64,000 bases of DNA, from sequence record ON529853.1; one strand, given 5' to 3'. The notes beneath the pieces were generated by a model that had not been told where the DNA came from, made no database searches, and saw nothing but the letters and a program-made list of their open reading frames with translations. The translations under genes were made by a program, and so were the position numbers. Positions 38,349 to 44,432 of this stretch are shown in pieces. Positions within the stretch are counted from its first letter, which is position 1; the number at the start of each line of letters is the position of its first letter.

Positions 38349-38887
38349 GCGCGTTTCATCCGACGCACGTTGTCCTGGTGCTTCTTCAGCAGCATCGCCC
38401 GCTTCAGCGGCGAGACCCGGTCGATGTTGCGCACCCCGTCCAGGTGGTCCATCTCGTGCTGAAGGCAAATGGCCTTGTAGCCCTTGCCGGAGAGGCTCTG
38501 CATACGGCCGTGAATGTCCTGGTATTCGACCGTCACTTCCCGATGCCGTCGCACGGGGAAAAAGACGCCCGGCATGGACAGGCATCCCTCCGGCATCTCG
38601 ATCATGTCCTCGGACTTGTCGACGAACGTCGGGTTGATCAGGATCAGTTTGGGACGATCGACCATGGCGTCCTGCACCGGCAGGCCAACATCCGGCAGGT
38701 CGATCATGGTGAAGATGCGCAAGGGCACGCCGACCTGAACGGCGGCGAGCCCCGCGCCTTCCGCCAGCAACATGGTGTCGACCATGTCGAAGCAGAGCGC
38801 CCGCACCTCGTCGGTGATCTCGAAGACCGTATCAGAGGGCTTCGTCATCCGGGCGTCGGTGCAGGGGATGATCTGGCGCAGCGCCAT
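38345..38887 (-). CDS. def: Peptide deformylase
   Basis: GAGLAAVQVG, EGCLS and HEMDHLDG motifs. Confidence 0.97.
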   Translation of the reverse strand: MALRQIIPCTDARMTKPSDTVFEITDEVRALCFDMVDTMLLAEGAGLAAVQVGVPLRIFTMIDLPDVGLPVQDAMVDRPKLILINPTFVDKSEDMIEMPEGCLSMPGVFFPVRRHREVTVEYQDIHGRMQSLSGKGYKAICLQHEMDHLDGVRNIDRVSPLKRAMLLKKHQDNVRRMKRA

Positions 38888-39114
38888 TAGGGCAGGCTCC
38901 CCAGGCCGCCGGCGGCGGAAGCCCGCCCATCACGCCAGCGGCCGACGGCGCTGACCATCCGATCGGCCTGGCCCTCGACGACTTCCAAGACGTCGATCGC
39001 CTGCATCAGCGCCATGCGCGCGTCTTCCAGGTCAAGGTCCTGGAGTTTGACAATGCGGCCCCGCACCACGACCTGATAGTCGTGGTACGGCGCCCGTTCG
39101 GCCACTTCGGACAT
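38887..39114 (-). CDS. Hypothetical protein (75 aa)
   Basis: Coupled to def (TAATG). Confidence 0.65.
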   Translation of the reverse strand: MSEVAERAPYHDYQVVVRGRIVKLQDLDLEDARMALMQAIDVLEVVEGQADRMVSAVGRWRDGRASAAGGLGSLP

Positions 39115-39117
39115 GGC

Positions 39118-39411
39118 TCAGATTTCGCCGAGCGCGCTCAGGTACAGGTCCAGGATGGCGTCTTCTTCCTGGCGCTTGGCCTTGTCCTGCTTGCGCAGGC
39201 GCAGCACCTTGCGCAGAATCTTCACGTCGTATCCCTCGCCCTTGGCTTCGGCGAAGACTTCCTTCATGTCGACCATGACGGCCTGCTTGTCCTCTTCGAG
39301 GCGCTCCAGCCGCTCGATGATCGAGCGCAGGCGGCCCTGGGCGGAGGCGGTCAGGGCGTCGTCGGCCGACATGGCGTTGGCGGGCTCGACGCCGGTGGTG
39401 GTCTCGGTCAT
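39118..39411 (-). CDS. gapR: GapR/DUF2312 nucleoid-associated protein homologue
   Basis: LRSIIERLERLEEDKQAVMVDMKEVFAEAKGEGYDVKILRKVLRLRKQD...EEDAILDLYLSALG. Confidence 0.9.
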   Translation of the reverse strand: MTETTTGVEPANAMSADDALTASAQGRLRSIIERLERLEEDKQAVMVDMKEVFAEAKGEGYDVKILRKVLRLRKQDKAKRQEEDAILDLYLSALGEI

Positions 39412-39435
39412 AGGTCTCTCGGGGTTGGTCGCCGG

Positions 39436-39681
39436 TTATCCGGTGATGAGGAAACGGAGGACGGCGAGAAGTTCGCGGTCCGCATCAGGCTGTAGGGCCT
39501 TCTGGTCGATGAGGCGCAGGGCGGCGTTCTTGCGCGCCTGCTTCTTGGCGGCGTGGACGCCGAGAGTTTGCGCCAAGGCGCGCATCTCGGTCTCGTCCAC
39601 ATAGGCGCCGAGCGCATCCCCATACCGCCGGTTGGCGGGATAGGTGGCGTAGTCGGGGGCGAGCGGCGGTAGGCCGTCCAT
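39436..39681 (-). CDS. Hypothetical protein (81 aa)
   Basis: MDGLPPLAPDY; SD GGAG. Confidence 0.6.
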   Translation of the reverse strand: MDGLPPLAPDYATYPANRRYGDALGAYVDETEMRALAQTLGVHAAKKQARKNAALRLIDQKALQPDADRELLAVLRFLITG

Positions 39682-39857
39682 CACATGTCTCCACAAGGAT
39701 CGTGCAGGGTGTCGCCCTGGTCGAGGTCCTCGACGAAACGGCCGTCCCGGAAACGACCGGTGGTGGTCTGGCCGTTGAGCCGGCGCACGACCCGCAACTG
39801 ATGGTCCAGCCAGTAGTAGGGCACGCCCCACGCCTCGCGGTAGACCGGCTCGGTCAC
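39681..39857 (-). CDS. Hypothetical protein (58 aa)
   Basis: GTG start overlaps the DUF4170 stop. Confidence 0.55.
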   Translation of the reverse strand: MTEPVYREAWGVPYYWLDHQLRVVRRLNGQTTTGRFRDGRFVEDLDQGDTLHDPCGDM

Positions 39858-40114
39858 GAGTAGGTCGCGCCTGAAGCGCGAACCACCAGATCGGCGACAG
39901 GTTTGCCGTGGGCGACGATCATCTCGTCGTAGGTGTTGATGTGGAAACGCATCAGGGCGTTGTCGACCGTCTGCCAGGCGTAGGCCTTCCACGCGTCGCG
40001 GGCGTCTTCGCGGCGCGTGAAAGACCCCACGAAGATGATCTTGCGCGGATCGCGGAAGGCTTCGTCGCGGGGATGGGGGTGCTCGCCCCCATAGACGTAA
40101 TAGGTGTCAGGCAT
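39854..40114 (-). CDS. DUF4170 family protein
   Basis: YVYGGE...F.D...IFVGSF...EDARDAWKAYAWQTVDNALMRF pattern. Confidence 0.75.
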   Translation of the reverse strand: MPDTYYVYGGEHPHPRDEAFRDPRKIIFVGSFTRREDARDAWKAYAWQTVDNALMRFHINTYDEMIVAHGKPVADLVVRASGATYS

Positions 40115-40116
40115 GC

Positions 40117-41004
40117 TTACAAAGTCACGATCAATCGGGGATTGAAGTTCGGGTTCAGTTCATGCCCGACATAGCCGCGCGGATTGCAGATCACGCGGGT
40201 CTCGCCGATCTGGTAGTCGCTGCTGTCATGCATATGACCATGGACCCACAGGGCGGGCTCCCATTCCAGCATCAGCGGCTCCAGCCGCGAGGCGTAGGCC
40301 GGGTTCAGCGGCGATCCCCGATAGCGATGGTGGCTCGACTGCTCCGACGGCGCATGGTGAGTAATCACCACGGTCGGGCCGTCATGCGGAACCCGTAGCG
40401 TTTCGGCCAGGAAGAACCGGCTCTCCAGGTGAAGGCGCCGCGTGTCTTCCGCCGTCAGGCGCTGCTGCTGCTTCAGTTCGATCTGCTGATAGTCGTTCAT
40501 ATCGGACTGGGCGTGCCGGATCGACAAGGGCCAGGTCCCGTAGAGATCGAAGTCGGTCCACAGGGTGGCGCCGAGGAACCGGACGTCGCCCATATGGACC
40601 TGCTCGTTATCCATGACGAAGACGCGGGCGGGCGCCAGTTCGTCCGCCTTGGCCTTCATCTTCTCGATGTGGCGGTGGTAGCGCCGCTTGCCGTAGAACT
40701 CGTGGTTGCCCGGCACATAGAGGCAAGGGACGTCAGGGAAATGACGCGCCAGCCAGATCACGCCGACGACGCCCGTCGCCAGGTCGCCGGCGGCGATGAC
40801 CAAATCGATCTCGTCCGCCGTCGGCGCCGTCCAGGTGCGCCGGTCCATGCCGCCGAACTCCAGATGGAGGTCCGACAGGATCAGGGCGCGCAAGGGCCGT
40901 CGTCCGGACCGGCGCTGCGCCAGGCCGGCTTCGATGTCGGCCTGCATGTCGGCCGCAGCCGCCACGGTGAACTCCATCTCAGCCTTGCTCCACTCGGTCT
41001 CCAT
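40117..41004 (-). CDS. Calcineurin-like metallophosphoesterase
   Basis: LSDLHLE, AAGDL, VPGNHEFY, VITHHAP, WVHGHMH motifs. Confidence 0.93.
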   Translation of the reverse strand: METEWSKAEMEFTVAAAADMQADIEAGLAQRRSGRRPLRALILSDLHLEFGGMDRRTWTAPTADEIDLVIAAGDLATGVVGVIWLARHFPDVPCLYVPGNHEFYGKRRYHRHIEKMKAKADELAPARVFVMDNEQVHMGDVRFLGATLWTDFDLYGTWPLSIRHAQSDMNDYQQIELKQQQRLTAEDTRRLHLESRFFLAETLRVPHDGPTVVITHHAPSEQSSHHRYRGSPLNPAYASRLEPLMLEWEPALWVHGHMHDSSDYQIGETRVICNPRGYVGHELNPNFNPRLIVTL

Positions 41005-41024
41005 CGTGGAGCATCCTTGAAATC

Positions 41025-41143
41025 TGGAGCGGGTGGACAGACTCGAACTGCCGCCTCCGGGTTAGCCACCCGGCGCTCCTGGGTCCACGCGAACCCCCGA
41101 CGATGATTCGCGTGATCATCGTCGGCCCTAGAGCCTCACCCGC
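41025..41143 (-). ncRNA. 119-nt tRNA-like RNA: Gly-type acceptor, GCT anticodon, two-hairpin D-loop insertion
   Basis: GCGGGTG/CACCCGC-T-CCA; D-stem GCTC/GAGC around 52 nt; CCGGG-TGGCTAA-CCCGG; GGCAG-TTCGAGT-CTGTC. Confidence 0.7.
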
Positions 41144-41255
41144 ATAAGTTGGCAGGAGTTTTCAGATATGGCGAGCCATACCCAGGGCGACCCTCCTGCC
41201 AGGAACCCCCGTCTCGGTTTCTTTCACCGGCCCCGACACGAGCACCTGTCAAAGC

Positions 41256-41336
41256 CTATTTAGCCGTCAGGCTTGTGAGAACAAGAGAGGCGATTAGGCG
41301 CCTCTCGATGAACCACGTTGCGGACGGACGTAACAT
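41256..41336 (-). CDS. Possible leader peptide MLRPSATWFIERRLIASLVLTSLTAK
   Basis: Lies after TTGACA (41378-41373) and before a structured stretch and the tRNA-like RNA. Confidence 0.35.
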   Translation of the reverse strand: MLRPSATWFIERRLIASLVLTSLTAK

Positions 41337-41383
41337 CGGCTTGCCGTGATTACTGGCAGACGGCGCCGTAGCTGTCAACAATG

Positions 41384-41414
41384 AAAAACGCCCCGACCTT
41401 TCGATCGGGGCGTT
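41384..41414 (-). terminator. Intrinsic terminator closing tRNA operon B
   Basis: AACGCCCCGA-N8-TCGGGGCGTT followed by TTT. Confidence 0.8.
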
Positions 41415-41416
41415 CT

Positions 41417-41728
41417 TCAGAGATTCGCCATCCACTGCTTGCGGCAGCGGGTGTGGTCCTTCCAGGACTTGCCGCCGGGACGCGACGCCATGAGGTCGTC
41501 GTAGGACGACGGCAGGACCATCCGGCGGCCACGGGCGCGGTAGAGGCGGTCGTGGGCTTCGCCGGTGTTGCGACGCCGCTCCTGCATGGTGCGGGGGCAG
41601 CGATGCATGTAGCGCCAGCGATGGCGGAAACGCCGGCAGCGGTAGGGCTCGCCGGGCTCCAGGTAGAGGACGCGCCAGCCCACGAAGTAGAAGCCGGTGT
41701 GGGTGACGCGTTCAAATTGGGGCTTCAT
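41417..41728 (-). CDS. Basic hypothetical protein (103 aa)
   Basis: SD AGGAGG; followed by the terminator. Confidence 0.75.
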   Translation of the reverse strand: MKPQFERVTHTGFYFVGWRVLYLEPGEPYRCRRFRHRWRYMHRCPRTMQERRRNTGEAHDRLYRARGRRMVLPSSYDDLMASRPGGKSWKDHTRCRKQWMANL

Positions 41729-41828
41729 GACAGCCTCCTGCTAGGTTGAGTACCTAGCGGGTGCTGTATTCCAGGTAGAATTTGATCATGGCCGCATCCT
41801 ATCTCAAGCGGGGCGGTTCGTCGAGGAA

Positions 41829-41917
41829 TGGCGGATGGGGCAGGGATCGAACCCGCGTAACCCTCTCGGGTGTCGACCGCTTAGCAAGCGGCTGCCTTAC
41901 CTCTCGGCCACCCATCC
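41829..41917 (-). tRNA. tRNA-Ser(GCT)
   Basis: GGATGGG/CCCATCC-G-CCA; loop TTGCTAA; long variable arm. Confidence 0.95.
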
Positions 41918-41924
41918 GGGGTGA

Positions 41925-42009
41925 TGGCGGTGCGCCAGGGAATCGAACCCTCAACCTTGCGGTCGGCGACGGTTTTCAAGGCCGCTTGTCCCCATGGACG
42001 CTGCACACC
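41925..42009 (-). tRNA. tRNA-Ser(TGA) with a compact 4-bp/4-nt D-arm
   Basis: GGTGTGC/GCGCACC-G-CCA; D-arm GTCC-ATGG-GGAC; loop CTTGAAA. Confidence 0.8.
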
Positions 42010-42014
42010 AAAGA

Positions 42015-42105
42015 TGGCGGACGGCACGCGATTCGAACGCGTGGGACCCAGGGGGTCCGCCTGCTTTCCAAGCAGGTGCCTTAAGCCGGGCTCAGCCAGC
42101 CGTCC
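42015..42105 (-). tRNA. tRNA-Ser(GGA)
   Basis: GGACGGC/GCCGTCC-G-CCA; loop TTGGAAA. Confidence 0.95.
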
Positions 42106-42110
42106 GGTCT

Positions 42111-42328
42111 TGGTGGAGGCGAGGGGATTCGAACCCCCGTAGACGCCGAACCCCCGCATTACCGAGGGCCGATCTCAGGTTTAGAACGCGTGTGCCGTCC
42201 TGACCATCTTCCGCAGGCCAGGAGGTCTATCGTAACGACCCCGTCGATCGGTTGCCTCTGCGTCCCGGATTTACCCGGACCGTTGTTCTGTTCCACGGTG
42301 CTCATGCCGAAACCCGAGCGACGCCCCC
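42111..42328 (-). ncRNA. ssrA: One-piece compact tmRNA (218 nt)
   Basis: 5' GGGGGCG...GGTTTCGGC; 3' GGGGG-TTCGAAT-CCCCT-CGCCTCC-A-CCA; G3:U70 and A73 Ala identity; no anticodon arm. Confidence 0.8.
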
Positions 42329-42338
42329 GTGAAGGAAA

Positions 42339-42426
42339 TGGAGGATGGTGTGGGATTCGAACCCACGGAACCTTGCGGTCCTCCGGCTTTCGAAACCGGC
42401 GCGATCGGCCACTCCGCCAACCATCC
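42339..42426 (-). tRNA. tRNA-Ser(CGA)
   Basis: GGATGGT/ACCATCC-T-CCA; loop TTCGAAA. Confidence 0.92.
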
Positions 42427-42433
42427 AGAACAG

Positions 42434-42622
42434 TCAGGCCGAGGCCGGACTGTAGTTGTCGATGTCGTCGACCCGGATCGCCGTGCCCGCCGCAATCTGG
42501 CGGTCGGCGCTCAACAGGTCGGCGACCAGGTCGTCGGCCGAGACGGCGGTGCCGAGGGTGGCGAACTTCACGTTCACCAGGCGGCCGTCCGCAAACATCT
42601 CGTCGATCGCGGCGCGATCCAT
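42434..42622 (-). CDS. Hypothetical protein (62 aa) inside the tRNA operon
   Basis: MDRAAIDEMFADGRLVNVKF; SD-like AAAGG. Confidence 0.65.
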   Translation of the reverse strand: MDRAAIDEMFADGRLVNVKFATLGTAVSADDLVADLLSADRQIAAGTAIRVDDIDNYSPASA

Positions 42623-42655
42623 GATAGACCTTTCTGCCGGACGCGCCGGCGGTGA

Positions 42656-42726
42656 TGGTGGAGACAGTGGGGCTCGAACCCACCAAGGCGTCCTTGCAAA
42701 GGATGCCTGCGCCCTGCGCTGTCCCC
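42656..42726 (-). tRNA. Compact tRNA-Ala(TGC)
   Basis: GGGGACA/TGTCTCC-A-CCA (G3:U70); loop TTTGCAA; tiny D-arm. Confidence 0.8.
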
Positions 42727-42763
42727 GTAGGGGTTGATCGTCAGCCATGCTGACAACCATTGT

Positions 42764-42839
42764 TGGTCCTGGCACTCAGATTCGAACTGAGCCATCGTGC
42801 TCCACAAACACGCGCCTCCACCGCAGAGGCTTTACCAGG
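42764..42839 (-). tRNA. tRNA-His(GTG), no G-1, A73
   Basis: CCTGGTA/TGCCAGG-A-CCA; loop TTGTGGA. Confidence 0.88.
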
Positions 42840-42841
42840 GT

Positions 42842-42929
42842 TGGTCGCGACGACAGGGATCGAACCTGCCCGGCCTCTCGGCCACTACCACCTCAAGGTA
42901 GCGCGTCTACCAGACTCCGCCACGTCGCG
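42842..42929 (-). tRNA. tRNA-Leu(GAG)
   Basis: CGCGACG/CGTCGCG-A-CCA; loop TTGAGGT. Confidence 0.95.
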
Positions 42930-42938
42930 ATCGAATGT

Positions 42939-43024
42939 TGGTGCCCGACCCCGGACTCGAACCGGGACGCCACGAGGGCCACGCCTTTTGAGGGCGCTGT
43001 GTCTACCGTTCCAGCCAGACGGGC
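42939..43024 (-). tRNA. tRNA-Leu(CAA)
   Basis: Loop CTCAAAA; long variable arm; CCA end. Confidence 0.92.
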
Positions 43025-43033
43025 AGTGAAAGA

Positions 43034-43120
43034 TGGTGCGGGTGAGAGGATTCGAACCTCCCCGGCACAAAGGCCACGAGTACCTGAGACTCGCGCGGCT
43101 ACCAACTTCGCCACACCCGC
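43034..43120 (-). tRNA. tRNA-Leu(CAG)
   Basis: GCGGGTG/CACCCGC-A-CCA; loop CTCAGGT. Confidence 0.95.
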
Positions 43121-43125
43121 ATTTT

Positions 43126-43207
43126 TGGAGAACCCTGGTGGAGTCGAACCACTTGCGCCTGGATTAAAAGCCCAATCCCGGCCACCCGGATTTAACGCTC
43201 AAGGTCC
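43126..43207 (-). tRNA. Atypical tRNA-Lys(TTT)
   Basis: Loop CTTTTAA; ~10-nt linker before the D hairpin; U73. Confidence 0.65.
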
Positions 43208-43220
43208 CCTAAAATGATGT

Positions 43221-43311
43221 TGGTGAACGTGGTCGGACTCGCACCGACGATGAAGGTTGTAACCTAACGGGATTAAGAGCCCCGGCCTCTCGCTACTGAG
43301 GTGACACGTCC
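43221..43311 (-). tRNA. tRNA-Lys(CTT) with long variable arm
   Basis: GGACGTG/CACGTTC-A-CCA; loop CTCTTAA; T-loop TGCGAGT. Confidence 0.8.
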
Positions 43312-43349
43312 AAAACTGTTGTTCTTCTCCTGAAGACTTGATATGTGCA

Positions 43350-43420
43350 TGGAGCCGGCGGACGGTGTCGAACCGTCCCATGTCCACTACGAAAGGTCAG
43401 CCCTGCCACCAGGCGCCGGC
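43350..43420 (-). tRNA. Compact, degenerate tRNA-Thr(CGT)
   Basis: GCCGGCG/CGCCGGC-T-CCA; loop TTCGTAG; weak anticodon stem. Confidence 0.6.
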
Positions 43421-43428
43421 GTTGTTGT

Positions 43429-43499
43429 TGGTGCCAAGGGAGGGAGTCAAACCCTCGCTGAACCCATACCAAGGGCTCGACCGATCACCCGGCCTTGGC
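43429..43499 (-). tRNA. Compact tRNA-Thr(GGT)
   Basis: GCCAAGG/CCTTGGC-A-CCA; loop TTGGTAT. Confidence 0.75.
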
Positions 43500-43507
43500 G
43501 TTGAAGA

Positions 43508-43582
43508 TGGTCGGAACACCGGGATTCGAACCTGGGACCCCTAGCTTCCCGAGCCAGTGCGCTACCGCTGCGCTACATTCCG
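43508..43582 (-). tRNA. tRNA-Pro(GGG)
   Basis: CGGAATG/TGTTCCG-A-CCA; loop TCGGGAA (C33, A37). Confidence 0.85.
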
Positions 43583-43591
43583 ATTTGAAGA

Positions 43592-43668
43592 TGGTCGGCG
43601 AGGGAGGATTCGAACCTCCGATCCCTCCGACCCGAACGGAGTGACTTACCAGACTTGCCCACACGCCG
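43592..43668 (-). tRNA. tRNA-Pro(CGG)
   Basis: CGGCG.../...CGCCG-A-CCA; loop TTCGGGT. Confidence 0.92.
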
Positions 43669-43677
43669 ATGGAAACG

Positions 43678-43711
43678 AAAAAAGGCCCCGGAGGCTATGC
43701 GCCTGGGGCCT
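43678..43711 (-). terminator. Intrinsic terminator (attenuator B) just before the 15-tRNA + tmRNA operon
   Basis: GGCCCC-AGGC-GCATA-GCCT-CC-GGGGCC followed by TTTTTT. Confidence 0.8.
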
Positions 43712-43782
43712 GAAACAACTGCTGTTTTGGGATTCAGCAGGTGATCGGCCCCTTAAGGGCGCCTCACCTGCGAGGACTGGAC

Positions 43783-43917
43783 TTAGGGCCAGCCTTCCAA
43801 GGAGACGCCACCGGTGGTGGGGGACTTCGGCGACAGTTTCGTCGGCGCATGCGCGAGCGTCGACAGCGCCGTGGCGGCGGTCGAAAGATGGCTCAGCTTG
43901 TGCGACAAGGTAGTCAC
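43783..43917 (-). CDS. Leader peptide B (44 aa): MTTLSHKLSHLSTAATALSTLAHAPTKLSPKSPTTGGVSLEGWP
   Basis: GTG start downstream of promoter B; codons 2-35 encode only T, L, S, H, K, A, P, the amino acids of the downstream tRNAs. Confidence 0.8.
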   Translation of the reverse strand: MTTLSHKLSHLSTAATALSTLAHAPTKLSPKSPTTGGVSLEGWP

Positions 43918-43969
43918 GATGAAGGTCCAGTCCGAAGAAGGAGCGCGAATGCGCTGTGATGAAGTCTGA

Positions 43970-43998
43970 TCTCTACAGGAAGCTTGAGCGTATGTCAA
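43970..43998 (-). promoter_or_regulatory. Promoter B: TTGACA-N17-TAGAGA
   Basis: Perfect -35 and 17-nt spacer. Confidence 0.7.
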
Positions 43999-44195
43999 GA
44001 ACTTCAGCAGAAAAAGTTGGTAGAGGGGCTGATCGCGCTTGTCGAGCGACCCTCTCGAAACGCCTTGTGCCAGGATCGGCGGCGATCGTCAACAGGGAAA
44101 ATGCACGCGCGCGGCCGAGGGGGAGCGGAAGACCGCGCGCGTGCCCGGCAGACCGTCGGGGGACGGGGCCTGGGTCGTCGGGGGACGGGGAGGGG

Positions 44196-44432
44196 TCAGC
44201 CGGCGCGGCGCTTGAGCGTCTCGTGCAGCGGCGGATAGGGGACCGGGCCGTAGATCACCTCGACGAGGCGAGGGCGGCGGCCGGTGCGGATTTTGGAAGG
44301 CAGGGGCACGTTGCGGCGCCGCAGTTCGGCGGCGGCGGCGGCGCTCGCCAGGGAGCCTGACAGGTAGACGCCGATCAGTTCGGCGACCGTCAGGGTCATC
44401 ATGCGCTGGGCGCGGGTGGTGTTGTGAGCCAC
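44196..44432 (-). CDS. Hypothetical protein (78 aa)
   Basis: GTG start with SD GGAGA. Confidence 0.6.
   Translation of the reverse strand: MAHNTTRAQRMMTLTVAELIGVYLSGSLASAAAAAELRRRNVPLPSKIRTGRRPRLVEVIYGPVPYPPLHETLKRRAG

Noticed and set aside
41025-41240. Permuted two-piece tmRNA
   Set aside because: The acceptor lacks G3:U70, has U73 and a full anticodon arm; the tmRNA is at 42111-42328.
41925-42009. Selenocysteine or opal-suppressor tRNA
   Set aside because: The anticodon is TGA (reads TCA), not TCA; no suppressor anticodons and no in-frame stops suggesting recoding.
41781-43960. Many 60-175-aa ORFs overlapping tRNA genes
   Set aside because: Chance frames across structural RNA genes.
43783-43998. 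71-aa ORF starting at TTG 43998
   Set aside because: That TTG is the -35 box; the leader more plausibly starts at GTG 43917.
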